A DNA stretch of 64,000 nucleotides. It comes from Amoeboaphelidium protococcarum X5. Taxonomy: Eukaryota; Fungi; Aphelidiomycota. Shown here in pieces: positions 39,279 through 53,355 of this stretch. The stretch spans positions 754,708 to 818,707 of the forward strand of contig JALDTO010000266.1 in assembly GCA_023515725.1 (NCBI GenBank), written 5' to 3'. The notes under the pieces are model-generated. The model was given only the letters and a program-made list of their open reading frames with translations. It ran no database searches and was not told the DNA's origin. The first letter of the stretch is position 1. Every line of letters begins with the position of its first letter. The position numbers and the translations under genes are program-made.

Positions 39279-40418
39279 TCACACATCTGACAGAGAATTG
39301 ACAGACAATAGTTCAGAGACCCAGTCAGGTGTAGGAGACACTATATCGAAAGGCAGTTCAGGATCCAAAGACTTGAGCCTAAACGCGTGTAAGAAAATGA
39401 ACTAACTCTCGAACGGCAAAGTTTCCCACGCGACGCCACCACATTCGGCACATTGATGTGTTTCACTCGATTTCAATTTCTCTTCTTCAGCCATTCTTTG
39501 ATTTCGTTTCACTTCGGCTCTGTTAAAAAGTGTTTCAGGTGATATTAAATCATCGTGGGTGGTAGAATCCTGTGACCATAGACCATCATCGTTATTGTAA
39601 ATGCTATCATTAACAATGGGATGTCCAAGATACCGAAGATGGATGCGTATCTAGTGCGATCTGCCAGTAATCGGTTTACATTGAACGATCGAATGATCAA
39701 TAGTTTCATCATACGCCAGACGCGTGAACTCTGTCTCTGCATATTTCCCATCCACAGGATCTACTGCATGTATGGTCATTGGAATATTAACACACCGCAC
39801 TTTCTACTTTACCACGACATTCCTTAAAGGAAACCGTCCCTTAACCCGGGCATAGTACAGCTTTTCTATTCTGTTACAAGTGAACAGTTATTGAAGCCTA
39901 GCGGCGGCAATCTTAGATTTAGCAAAACATATCAAGCCAGATGTGAGGCGATCCAACCGATGTACTGGCATAATGTATCGGTCGTCTTTATAACAATTTT
40001 TAATCTATTCGTGCATGGAATTCTTGTAGTATCTACCAGCCGGATGAACAGGTATACCAGGAGGCTTTAAAAACACAGACATCATTTCATTATCCACCAG
40101 AGGCGTAAATGAAGCTGCTACTACAGGCGGTTCATGTCGATGCACCCGATGTATAATCTAATCTCCAGACTAAATAATGTAATCTTGGCATACAGCCACA
40201 GGCTACTGTGACTTTACAGATTAAATCAAAATATTGCCGCGTTCAATTTATCGCTAATATTCTATTGGACTCTTATCACGATACTCTGACGAATACATTG
40301 CCAATAATTTTTGCCCGATCCACCTTTCCTTTGCAAACGCCTTATACTCATAATAGTAAGGCTCTACTCTTAAAATCTATTCAAATTAATCGCCCTGTTC
40401 TTCCTATACGACCGTCAT
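39279..40418 (-). CDS. RluA-family pseudouridine synthase (Pus9/RPUSD2-like)
   Basis: PYYYEYKAFAKERWIG, HRHEPPV, KPPGIPVHPAGRY, HRLDRLTSG, TGRSHQIR, IFLHAFR; ends TGA TGA. Confidence 0.9.
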
Positions 40419-40581
40419 TTTGACTAACGCGACAAAGCAGAGGACGGTATAAGATTTTCGTTCAATCCCTCTCAGACAGACAGGGAGGGAGATCTTCACT
40501 GACTGAAAAATTGATAAAAATCCAATTTGCACCTTCTTTTCATATCTTTGAGAGAGTAAAATCAATTTAAATTTGAGCTAG

Positions 40582-43500
40582 ATGAAGCAAGATTCGCATT
40601 AATTGCAATACAATACGCTGGAGAGAGAGCTTACTGCTAAACTGCCTCCTACCACCTCGCAGGTGTCTGATTTACACGAACTCATTCGCCCACATCTGGA
40701 CTCATTCAATGCAATCACTGAGCTGAGTGGTGATGGTGCACCGCTTAAAGGCAAGAGCGCGAAAATGGGATTGCTTGATCTATCCGTAGCTGATATTGAT
40801 CCCAAGGAGGTGAGAGACCATCACGGCAACCGCATCAGATATTGGTATGAAGACGTGCGCATCGGTCCTCCCAAGCTTGATGACTCGAATCGACGCGCCA
40901 TTGATCGCCGCATGATGCCCACAGAATGCCGTGAACGCGGTCTCACGTACGAAGGACCTCTGAGTGCTACTATCAAGTATGAGATTAATGGAGTTATTCA
41001 CTCTATTGACAACAAGTAGCTGGGTATGACTCCTATCATGGTCAAATCTAATTTGTGTCACTTGTATGGTATGAATCCGCAGCAGTTGATCAAGAGTCAT
41101 GAAGAGAGTGAAGAATTGGGTGGCTACTTTATTATTAATGGAATCGAAAAGTTGGTCCGCCTGCTTATTGTCAATAGAAGAAATCATCCTATGGCTATAG
41201 TGCGTCCGTCTTTTCAAAAGCGTGGTGCAACTTACTCTAATTACGGAGTGATGATTAGATGTGTGCGACCTGATCAGACCAGTCACAGTGTTACCATCCA
41301 CTATCTAACAGATGGTAATATCACATTCAGGTTCACATATCGTAAGTAAGAGTACATGTTGCCAGCGGTAATGGTTATGAAGGCCCTGGTGTCTTGCACT
41401 GACAAGGAGATCTATGAGTCTATCGTGCAAAGAGATCATGATAACACGTTCATCACTGATCGTGTAGAGATGATGTTGCGTCAGTTCAAGAACTATTCAC
41501 TGAATACACAGTCATAGTGCGTTGCCTTTATAGGTAGTAAATTTAGAGCTGTATTGGAGCAGCCTGAAGATGCTACGGATTATGAGGTGGGATAGAAGCT
41601 GCTGTAGAAAGTAGTCTTTGTTCATCTGCAGGATAATCGCGATAAGTTTAATCTCCTGATTTATATGATCTAGAAACTGTATGCTGTGGTGAGTGGCGAT
41701 GCTTGTCCGGATAGCCCGGATTCTCCTCAGCATTAGGAAGTGCTATTGGGTGGATTTTTGTATAGCATGATTCTGAAAGAGAAGCTGGAGGACTATTTGC
41801 TGTCCATCAAGCAGGTGTTGTAGATGGAGCTTCGGCGTAATAAAAGCGTGGACTTTTTGGAAGCCAAAGTGTTTACGCGTGCTGCAAATAAAGCCACGTC
41901 GAATATTGGTAAAATGTTGAACTACTTTCTGGCCACCGGTAATTTACTATCGAGTACTGGTCTGGATCTATCCTAGGCATCTGGATATTCTATTGTTGCT
42001 GAAAAGTTGAATTACTTTCGGTACATGGCGCATTTTAGATCTATTCATCGTGGTGCTTTCTTTGCCGAACTGAAGACCACCGCAGTCAGAAAGCTATTGC
42101 CTGAGGCGTGGGGTTTTCTATGTCCGATCCATACACCTGATGGTAGTCCGTGTGGGTTGCTGAATCATTTGGCACATAGATGTAAAGTGACCACGGAGGT
42201 TTTGGATGTATCTGCGGTGGAGCCTCTGCTCGTAGAAATGGGAATGAAGCCAGTGCTGAAAGGAGCGATTGAAGGCATTGCTGGTAAAAGTTGTTAGAAG
42301 ATTGTGCTGGATGGCAAAGTTATTGGATACTGTACGCCGGAGCTGTTGCGTGATATTGCCAAGAAGTTGAGGTATCTTAAGGTGACCAAGCAGTTCAATA
42401 TTCCTCTCGATCTTGAGATTGGATACGTGCCTACATCGCGTGGTGGTCAGTATAGTGGATTATGTATGTTTTCTACTCCCACAAGATTTATGCGCCCAGT
42501 CAAATATCTTGGTAATGATCAGTTGGATATGGTTGGATCTTATGAGCAGGTATTCATGGATATTGCCTGCATGGAAGAGGATGTGGTTACTGGAATCACC
42601 ACGCACATTGAATTTGATCCAACTGACATTCTATCCATCATGGCCAATCTGACACCTTTTTCTGATTAGAATCAGAGTTGTCGTGTCATTTATAATGCTT
42701 AGTAGAGTAAGCAGAGTATGAGTAATCCATTGCATGCTTATCCGTACAGATCAGATAATAAGCTGTATAGATTGATTACGTGTCAATCTCCTATTGTGCG
42801 TCCAAAGCTGTATGGCAACTATGGCGTGGATAATTATCCTGGTGGTTTCAATTCTATCGTCGCTGTCATATCGTATACGGGCTATGATATGGAAGATGCG
42901 ATGATTCTTAATAAGAAATCTTACGATTTTGGCTTCATGCATGGTGTTATTATGAAGCATGAGTACGTGGATTTGGGTGAGATGCGGGTACGCGGTGAAA
43001 GTATTATTCATCACTTTCGGTGCACAGATACAAAAAAGTTGGGCAAGGATAAGCTGGGGCCTGATGGCCTGCCCCTGGTTGGAGTAAAGCTGTCCAATGG
43101 AGATCCGTATTATAGCTATGTGATTGACACTACGGGAGAGTGTAAAGTGGTCAAGTACAAAGGACTTGAGGATGCAGTAGTTGAAGACGTTCGCCTCATT
43201 GGAATCGATGCTGGTACTCAGGAGCTGCAGAAGATTGGTATTAAATTGCGTGTCAACCGTAATCCGGTCATTGGGGATAAATTCTCTTCTCGTCACGGTT
43301 AGAAAGGTATCTGCTCTTAGAAATATCAGGTTGTCAACCTTCCATTCACTGAAAGTGGAATTATGCCTGATCTTATAATAAATGCGCATGCCTTCCCATC
43401 GCGTATGACGATCGGATAGTTTGTGGAGAGTATGGGCGCAAAGGCTGGTGCTGCTCTTGGTAAGTGTTATGACGCGACTCCGTTCAAGTTTAATGAATAG

Positions 43501-44091
43501 GATACCATCGTTGACTATTTTGGAGAGTAGTTGCGAGAGGCTGGATTCAATTACTATGGCAATGAACCGATGTATAGTGGTATCACGGGTGAAGAGTTGA
43601 ATGTTGACATCTATATTGGTATTGTGATGTATCAACGTCTAAGACACATGGTGTCTGATAAGTATCAGGTCAGAACCACAGGTCCTATTGATAATCTCAC
43701 TCATCAACCAGTGAAGGGAAGAAAGCGTGCCGGTGGTATCAGATTTGGTGAAATGGAGCGTGATAGTCTTCTTGCGCATGGTGTATCGTTTTGTCTGCAA
43801 GATCGTCTGATGAACTGCTCTGATTACTCTGTTGCTCATGTTTGCAAGCCGTGTGGTAGTATCTTGTCTCCATCGCCTGCCCCACCACAGTAGTAAAAGT
43901 CATTGCCGTCATTAAATGCTGACGGAGTGTCTTTGTAGTCATCACTTTAATAATCAGGTGAATCCAAGATCATTTGTAGCCTCTGTAAGAAATCTGACGG
44001 CATTGATGTTGTGGCGATTCCATACGTGTTCAGGTATCTATCGACAGAACTCATGGCCATGAACATACGCATGAAACTTGAAGTGAAATGA
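40582..44091 (+). CDS. RPA2: RNA polymerase I second-largest subunit
   Basis: [69 protein letters not shown](TAG)[21 protein letters not shown]. Confidence 0.97.
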
Positions 44092-44424
44092 GTTGAAATC
44101 ACTTGAGCATGAATAATAATTTTACTTAATTGGGATTTAAGCTTTACGGAAGTGATGATAAGATTTTATTAGTTATTGATGAAAGTATCAATCAATCTAC
44201 TTTATATCTCGAGTTTTTATTACAGCCATGTGTGTTCAGTAAATCAACGGACTCAATGTCACATGCGGTTGCAGCCCCTTGTTTGAAAGTCCGACGCGTT
44301 TGATATAGCATGATCAAAGCGCAAGAACCGATAACTTTTCCACAAGCAAGTCATTAATTATTAGATATATTTAGGAGTGAATACTCAACGCGATATTTTC
44401 CTCATAGCTTCAAAATAGAATAAA

Positions 44425-46950
44425 ATGCTCTTGATATCTACCATACGATTCTCTGCTGTGATATTGATGGGCGCGTTAGTCTGCGCGAATCCAGGTGATG
44501 TTGATCTCGAAGTAGACGCTGATGGGCAGCCTCTATCCAAAGACACAACCTCGGATGGCAGTGACACGTTGGATTACGATAAATTTTTGCAAGTGATGAA
44601 AGTTATGAGTGCAGAGGGTCACTTAAACGATAGATCTAGTGGCGGTAATTTGCGTGCGACTAACAAGTAAATGAGGGATGATTTCGATAATGCTGCGCTG
44701 CTACCCAAGTTTCATGCGAAGATCAACGACGCGGATCCGATTAAGCGTAATAGAAACCAAAAATGGCTATAACACAATCTAGTTAACAAGGCAGGACGCG
44801 ATCTTATCGATAAGGCTCCGGCGGATTGGTTTCATGGATCTGGTGAAGAGATGCAGAAGGCTTTTGATAAGACTTACACGGATCGCAGTTATTACTAACC
44901 ACCTGAGCTAAATGAACGCTTAAAAGCCTAGTCGCTGATGAGCAAGATTGATTCTACGCAATCTATGCAAGGTAGTAAGCGCGAATGTATTAGCTTGATC
45001 CCTGAGAATTTATGGTACAGTCTTTTCTTTTTTCGTGGCTATGAGTCTGGGGATGAGTACATGGACCGTAGCATGGCATTTGTTTTCAAATCTCTGTATC
45101 AAGAAGGTAATTATGAAGGCTTTGCATGTGCTTACCATTATGTGAGGCGCTAACACGGAATGAAAGCTTACTAGTAAGTAGATTGGTACAAGAATTAGTT
45201 TGTATTGTATGCTGCTTAGCGCGATTCTGGTGATGTTAGAGTAGTAACAGCGTTTGAAAAGTATAAAGTCATGCTGAGTATTGGGCTTAAAGGATATGAA
45301 AATCTCGATCTATTTTACACTTAATGTAGTGACTTGATGAAGCTCATCGTAACGGGGCAGGTATCAGATGAATTTGCGCAGAAAGCTCTATTGCTTACCC
45401 ATGATATTCTATTTCTATCCAAGATTATAATTGAATATTTGGAGGAGTATCAACTGAGTAGAAGGCAAAATTATCGCTCAGCTTTGAATCAACATTATTT
45501 GAACCTGGTGTTTGCAAGATTGGAATCATTATATGGGAAAACCTTGGATGAGAGACGTAAGTATCAGTAGGAGTAGCGTGAGTAAAGCTTCTATAATTCT
45601 TACTCTAATAATTTCAGTTATTATGACAAAGAGTTAGATATCGCTGTTGCCAATGCTCGCAGGCAAGCTATTGTGGCAGGTATGATATAGGATATACCTT
45701 CTGTCACAATCACGTATGATGGATAGACTTTCGAATTGGCAGTCTCATCTGGAAGTTTGCCAACAATAGTACATGTCATTTGGAAGATGGCTGATTCAAA
45801 GTCGTCAAATTAGCATTTGATGTTCCTCTATAAGAGGTTGGTCTTTGATTAAGTCATTTTAGACCATGTTGCAACTCTATCTGAACTATGGTGTAAATTT
45901 GTCAATTACGTTAAATAAGAAATTCTCAAAAACCCTGGTAAAAACACCAAGGCGGAGTTGGCGCAGATGGATGAGCACCTATTGCGTCTGACGTTGTCCT
46001 CGTAATCAGAATAAAGCTTCCAAATGCTGTTCCCGGACTTGTCATAGGATTATGATGTATTGAGAGCCGCCTAGTCTGGATAGACTCCTCAGATCAAGCA
46101 TAAATTGTCCAACTTTGCCGCTGGTGTTTTACTCAAGATGGCTGTTGAGAACGACAATATAAAATTGGCCGGTCAATTGATCAATTAGTAGTAGTCTATC
46201 TCTGCATCTGTACTTAACTCCTAAGCTTTGCGCGCCAAGTCTGAAGATATGCTTAAGCTCTTGATGTCTTCAGGCGCAGCTTTGAATGGCCGGCGTCCCC
46301 ACAATGTTGATATGTATGCAATGTGGAAAAGTGGCCGAGTTTAAATCACTTAAAAGGAGTATCCTGCTTTACTAGATGAATATAGCAAGAGACCAGATGT
46401 TGATATTGCCGATGGCGATGCACTGCTGTCTGAAGATTGGGAAAATAAATTGTCTAGCTTGAGTTATGCGTTGTACACCATTGTTGATTCTTACTCGTAA
46501 TTGACATAGGCGTAGGTACAGAAGGCGTTAAAACTTATCCAGGCTGGCGCGGGAGATGGCGAAGACGATCTACAAATTAGCTCTAAAATCCTCAATACTA
46601 GAAATGAGATCTTAATGGATGCTTATTTTAGTCTGCACCCGGACAAGCTTTCGCGCCTTCTTGAGATGACTCTGCAACAATGTGTCGTGGATTTGGTCAA
46701 ATTGATCATCAACTTCAAAGGTGGCCAGCTGATAACTATTGAAGAAATGAAGCTGACTCTACAGCAGGTTGAAGGTAGCGATCAATGTCCAGAAGGTAAG
46801 AGTGTGATTAAGAAAGAGATAATGAAGCGACGCGTACAAGGCGCTAAGGCAAGCATCAACTAGTTTTCTAGTCGTGTGAAGTTTGGTGCTAAAAAAGTGT
46901 TCGGTAAGCAATCTAATAAGAAGGGAAATGCGTATGAAAAACTTGAATGA
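44425..46950 (+). CDS. Large secreted helical protein of unknown function (841 aa)
   Basis: Signal peptide MLLISTIRFSAVILMGALVCA; several standard-code ORF fragments share one frame; ankyrin-like LLKMAVENDNIKLAGQLI near 46130; TGA 46948-46950. Confidence 0.7.
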
Positions 46951-47276
46951 GCTGAATGAGGGTTTAAAACTAAATGAGATGAAGATGATTAGGAAATACA
47001 TTTTATAACGATAAGTCTTTTAAGCGCTACCATTCTAGCGTAGTATACACCAAGGAACCTAACTCAAAGGATGTCCTTCCGGGATCGTCGAGCCGGTTCG
47101 CAAAGAATTTCAAGTTTCCCGTCGTTGACGCGAAACGAACGTTTGCAGTTTCTTCTCCTGGTTGAGAACAATAGCGGCTTTACTTCTCATTGTCACTCAC
47201 CATCTTTTGAAATATCTTACACTCAATTATTGTATTCTATAATCTAAGAGTATTAAAATAATTTTGGAGTTCTAAA

Positions 47277-48570
47277 ATGGATTTGGATGATATAAGTGAT
47301 GACTTTTCACTTGATGATACTCTGTATGCAAAAGTATGATATTGACTATTATTCACTTGATAGATGGCATTTCTGACTGATATTGATAACCCGACTTAAA
47401 AGTAGAATAATCAAAATAGATACTATACTGAGGATGATGGTGATAAAAATATGGTGTGTTTTAATTGTGGAAATAGAGGACACGTTCGAGAGTTTTGTAC
47501 CAAGCCTGTATGTTCATATTTTACTCTTTTATTCTAGATTCTAGACCATATTATGGAAGCCATTTATCCTTGCATTATATAATGTAGTCACCGTGTTTTA
47601 TGTGTGGATCTGATGAGCATTAGGCTAGTTAATGCATTACTGGTCTCTGTTATAATTGCTTTAGGCCTGGACATTCAAAACAAGTATTTATTATCTTATC
47701 GGCAGCTGTTGCATACTGTAATCGTCATGTGGCATCTATATTTTGTAGGATTGTCCAAAAAAGAGATGTGGAGCATATTGTAAATTGTGCAATCTGGATG
47801 GTCATGATGAGACTTGCTGCCCTGATATGTGGCGGTCATATTTACGCGTCAAGTCGCCTGAAAAGATGGTCAAGGTAATTTGGAGTCTCACTTATCGCGA
47901 CATTAGAATTACATTATGATATAAATGTTATTACTGTCTGATGATAAGTCACGTGTAGGATGTTAACGTATTTTGTTACAATTGCGCATCCTCATCCCAT
48001 TTTGGTGATGATTGTCAACGGCCACTTAATAGAGGACTCAACCGACTGCCTATGAAGTAGTTCAGTTCATTCATCAGTGACCGTAGACTTGCGGATGTTG
48101 GATATAAAGGGAGGAATTTTAGAGATGAATCTACTCTGTAGACATTACAGATATCTAGTCCGCGTAAGAGTAATTATGGAAGACCGTACAGTTCAGGTAA
48201 GTCATTTTAATCGTAATAATCTTCATCTTCATCGTCTTTAGGTGGAACTTTGTTCTCTGGCGGAACCGGTTATTAGTAGTAATAGTAGACACAGCCTCAG
48301 TTTGGATTTGAGGCATAGTATGGCGGATAGTAATAGTAATAATAATCACTGTTAATACCACTCCAGCAGGCATATCAAGGGAATAATTATGCTCAGGGAA
48401 ATAATTTTCAATTCAACTCTACTAATGGAAATGGGTATGATTATCAAAATGGTGGTTCTTATGGCTAAGGATCATATGCGAATACAAATTCACAGTTCAA
48501 TAGATCTAAATCATCGGGTAATGGGAAATAGTTTAATAGAAAATATCGTGGTGGATATCGCCCATATTGA
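47277..48570 (+). CDS. Air1/Air2 (ZCCHC7)-like zinc-knuckle TRAMP subunit; introns 47334-47363, 47508-47587, 47684-47748, 47875-47958
   Basis: Five CX2CX4HX4C knuckles, CPDMWRSY linker, CYNC....HFGDDC; low-complexity N/G/Y tail. Confidence 0.85.
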
Positions 48571-48734
48571 CTGATATCAGCGCATTTAGATGCGATAATC
48601 ATTCATAATTCCGTTAATCAATTTAGAAGTCTTCAGTATGTGAGAATAAAATTTGCATTTGATTGCATGGAAAAAGCTTTGAAGTAAATAAATGCTTGGT
48701 AATCCTTAATGAGTATTTCATTATTCAAGTTTAA

Positions 48735-51700
48735 TCAGCTCTTGTATTAATGAGGTTTTCTATTTCTAGCGCTTTCGTGTTCCCATTAGTGCCATCGTTT
48801 TAGGACCAACTGATTATGGGCAGAGTCGCTCGCATTTTATCGAGATTTGTTGAGTAGATCATCATCGTCAATCTTGATGATGGTCTTGTTCAATTTTCGC
48901 GACTTACCCCATGTGAAGTCATCAGAGTGGTAGAAGGAGTACACAGGCATGATGAACTGCCAGAGTGGAGTTGAGACCAAGTACACTAGCATCCACCAGA
49001 AATTCCATACTGACCGAAGAGGGAAGAGGACCAGCACAACGTTCAATGCCACAATCATGGCGATGAACACTAAAGCTATGATGGCATTGGTGGTGAGTCC
49101 ACTTGTCACAATCTGCACAATGATGTAGATTAGAATAGCAAAAGCAGCCGGAGATAGTAATGTGCCTAGCAAGTCCAGAAATACAATGAACTGCATACTG
49201 AAGCAGAATATTCCGCAGAGTTTGTTCACAAATAGCAGCTCATACAGATTGTGCACCGTCGAATTTATCCATCTCCTACGCTGAGACAGCAGTACTGACA
49301 AGGATTCCGGTGCTGTGGTCTCGCAATAAGCCTCAGGTAAGAAGAGAGTGTCGCGTCTAGGGAATGTCTTCAACAGCAGAGTGGTCAAGAATCTATCTTC
49401 ACCCAGCATAAGTAGATTCTTCTTGTGCAGAGTACTAGTGTCGCATGATCCATACGCCTCAACCAGGTCCGGATTCGCGAGTATTGGTGTCAATACACCT
49501 TTAGAATCAACCTGTCTGATTCTATACATGGACATACAGCCGGGCAGACAAGTCACGATGCCAAACAGAGACTCAAAACTCTTACCCAGAAAGTGTGCAA
49601 TGTAATACTCAAACACCTAGCACATTGTTATAAAAGTATCCCATTTATTGGACAATCGTGTCTCGCCACATAAGGCCATAACTTGTGGGTACATATTCAT
49701 ACACTTGGTCATTTACATTAACGATTTAGGGCCAAGTTCTGTATCTGCATCGATCATCAGCACATGATCAAACCGATCCAAATATACTCCAGACAGCTGA
49801 CGAACTCTTGAAAATAGGGCGAACTCCAGAGGTGAGAATCTCTCATTTATTAGTGTGCGACACAGTAGATTCATGAGCAATAACTAGGAGTCTCTCTTAC
49901 CTCTATTACCTGGATTTTTAATTTACTCTTCATCAACGTTACCAACTTTGGCTGCTAATATTATTGGGACACGTCTAGGAGATCCTTTGACGAATCCTGA
50001 ATACACTTTACATCTATTCAGAACCTCTTCGTCATGTGCTACGGAGTTATACACTGCCAGCTGACCTTATTCATTCATATCAAAATCAATAAAATCCAAA
50101 ACTATATCAGCAGTAGATCTATCATTTCCCTTACCGTACACAACGCCATCTGCAACTACAAATATCAATTTCTGATTGTCAGGATACTGAGCATCCACGA
50201 CAGAGTATAGAGTCTTTTGAATAGCAGCGACATCTTCACTGTAACATGGAACAAATACGATAACATAATCATTTGGACGTTTTTGGGCCGACGGAGCAGC
50301 CATGGCCCAGCCCATAGAGAAGGTGTACGTAAGAGCTCCCACGTACTTGATCAAAGTTACCGATGTGAAGATGATAATTAGTACCAGCACCGAAGTCTGA
50401 GACGCAAAACATCCTTAAGACTCTCCCTACAGTTTACCTACAAGCAGGTTCTCTTTCATGCACTCAATAATATTGCTGGATATCAGCGAATTGGAAAAAG
50501 CAAGGGTAGCATCTCTGCCAATGTTTCTCTTCAGAATTTAATTCAGATCTTCACCCAAAAAGAAGTCTGCCTTGTCGAAATAAGTCTTGACGTCGTAGAT
50601 CATCCCATTATACACCATAAAACGATCACTATTTTAAACTACATCCCAAGAGTATGATACCATTTAATTGATACTAAGCTTTTCCAACTCACCAAATGTA
50701 TCAGCACCGTGACACTCTTTGCCTTGACAGCCGGTGATGTTGGGAATTTTGGGGCATGAAGACTGAGGGAGTGGAAACAGACCTGATGCATCCTTACCAA
50801 TAAATGCAACAACTGGTGGCTGGGCATTAACTCCTCCTGGTGGATGACTTCTTGTGCGCGTATACACACCAACTTCATACAATACACCTCTGATGATAAC
50901 ATACTTTTAAAGTGACGGAGAATCGACGGCAAACTCTGTCTATACTTGTTAAATAGTAATCTCTGGAAGTGGAGTACAAATGACAGTAGACAAGCCAAAA
51001 CATAGAAATCCAAACGCAACACTAAGAAACACAACAAATTGACAAAACATAACCTTCTCTCTCCACGCCTATTGAGCTTCAGGATTCTTAATGCCAAACA
51101 CACTCAATACAAAACCAGGTATACACAACGTCATCACGAAGCTGAACACATTCCATAGTGTGAACCAATCTCTAAATGATTACGCGTTGCTATTAGAATC
51201 TCGTCGATACCGACTAATTAAATCTACAATACTTTTATGTCCATATTCACTTGCTACATCTCGTGCATCTTTCTGTTATGAATTAGGGACATTTGAATCC
51301 GCACCTTTATTTAACAAAAACTCACATAGCTCGTATAATCCTTTTGACGCTGCCAAATGAAGTGCAGTCATACCTTGCACATCAGTCTTATCAAGGAGCG
51401 CGCCTTTCTACAGCAGAAGACTGGCAATTCGAGTGCTCCCTTGCAAAGCAGCATACATGAGTGGAGTTCTCAAGTCAGCATCGATTGCATCAACTATGGC
51501 AAAGTTTTACAAAAGTTCAATAACTGCTAAATGATTATTACACAGAGTGGCAATGTGCAATAACGTGACTTCATTAACGGGCAACGTTGCGTTTGTTTCA
51601 GCGCCCAGCTCGATCAGCCTCTTTACAATCGCATGCTCATTCATTGTTATGGCCACAGAGAGCGCATTGTAACCATCGCTGCCAATGTTATTGAGGAATT

Positions 51701-51884
51701 TATCAATATCAGGTTTACTCAGAAGAAACTCAGTTATCTATTTCGACTTGAGTTGAATCGATTTTAGAAGGAGGTTGGAGACATACTCGGAATCATCGCC
51801 ATTATTTAAAAGCTGATCATTCCACGCAGTTTTGAAAGAGTCTAAATCTGCATTCTCTATCGCCAGATACAATATATCATTCAT
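48735..51884 (-). CDS. Division-2 (class IV/V-like) chitin synthase with N-terminal ankyrin repeats (~1049 aa)
   Basis: Ank motifs (TPLMYAALQG, TALHLAASKG), AWREK TM region, cytochrome-b5-like segment, VPCYSED, NRGKRDSQ, IDADT, QVFEYYIAH, CLPGC, LGEDRFLT, SQRRRW in one frame. Confidence 0.92.
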
Positions 51885-52131
51885 TCTTCGTCTACTATAT
51901 GAAATAAAACTGTACAGTAATGCAATTAATAAAACGCAATAATTGATACAGGTGATAGTGATTTTGCAAATTCAGTTTCATCAAAAGATGGTTGCCAAGG
52001 GATCAGTTGCTTAGAATGCAATCGGTAACTAGGCAGGCAGCAATTTTACAAAGTTCCCCAATTCTTCGCCAACGATTAAAAAATACTTATCAGTCATTTT
52101 TAATTTCAGATATTACTTCTAAAGCAAAAAA

Positions 52132-53303
52132 ATGGCTTCAGGTTAGTAAGCAAGTCCATTCATACTTCGACTTTTGGGCCAAGATAGTCGAGTCAAAAGT
52201 GATCACCAGCGCAAGAGAGTTCAGCATGTGTACAAGCAAATGGACAAGGAGGTTCTGAAGCAACTAAAAAGCACAGAGTTTGATCATTGGATATATAAGG
52301 AAGATGAATAGTTAATAAATTTGAGCGCTATCATCTTCTAGCAACTAGGCCTAGTAGAGTTTCTGAAGTTGAATTTCAATGATAAAGAGGATGCAATATG
52401 GCAGTTTCTATACGCTGTTAGAGACTCGTATAACGATAATCCGTTCCATAACTTTACTCATGGATTCACAGTATTACAAATGATGTATTGCCTTATTACT
52501 GACAGCAATTTGACAGATGGAAAGATACACACCATAGACATACTGGCATTATGCATCGCTGCGCTGTGTCACGACTTGGATCATCCTGGACTGTCCAACG
52601 CGTTTCAAGTCGCCGCCCAAACGGATTTGGCTCTGCGCTACAACGACAGCTCTGTACTCGAAAATCATCACTGTGCAACCACATTTAGAATTTTAACTGA
52701 TCCTGTAAGTTATATGTGATTTTGTAATCTCATTTAATTCAAGTTGGAATGTGTAGCGCACTAGCATTATTTAAAATTTAAAGTATCAAGAGTATAATCA
52801 GCTTCGAGTGGGTATAATTAACTGCATAATGGCCACAGATGTCTCTAGGCAGAGAAATTATCTAGAACGCGTCAATAGTTATATGGATGGAACGTTCTCA
52901 TGGTCTATCTAAGAACATAAATTAGCTGTAAGTCTTTTTCTATAAAGCCTTTAAATACCATAAAAACATATTATGATCTCTGTAAAGGTAGGCGATGGCC
53001 ATTTTAATGAAGGTGTCAGATGTAAGCCTGGAGGTCAGGCCAATGTCAGTGTCCAAACCGTGGGTCGGCAAGATTTATCAAGAGTTTGCCAATGAATCTC
53101 AAATGTTTCAATAGTTGTAAATTGAAATTCCGGCCCATTTGAAGGTGGACAGTAATAATGCGTAAGTTATCAACAAGGCTCAGCGGTAATTCATCTTACA
53201 CGTTCTATTGCCCTTATTCTAGACTCTGAGCAAGTTATTTCCCCAGACTATAGATAAATATCTCGGAAAAGTGCAAGAATCCTTAAAATTATACCATGAA
53301 TGA
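52132..53303 (+). CDS. Class I cyclic-nucleotide phosphodiesterase, catalytic domain only; introns 52705-52756, 52928-52991
   Basis: NPFHNFTHG, HDLDHPGLSN, YNDSSVLENHH, MATD, KVSDVS..VRP. Confidence 0.9.
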
Positions 53304-53355
53304 TATCAAGACTATTTTGCTATTATACCGCGTCAATACAATCATACCATATAAT

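Noticed and set aside
42751-43635. 294-aa minus-strand ORF and similar antisense ORFs (40780-41301, 27363-27788)
   Set aside because: They are shadows of well-supported genes on the opposite strand and have no motifs.
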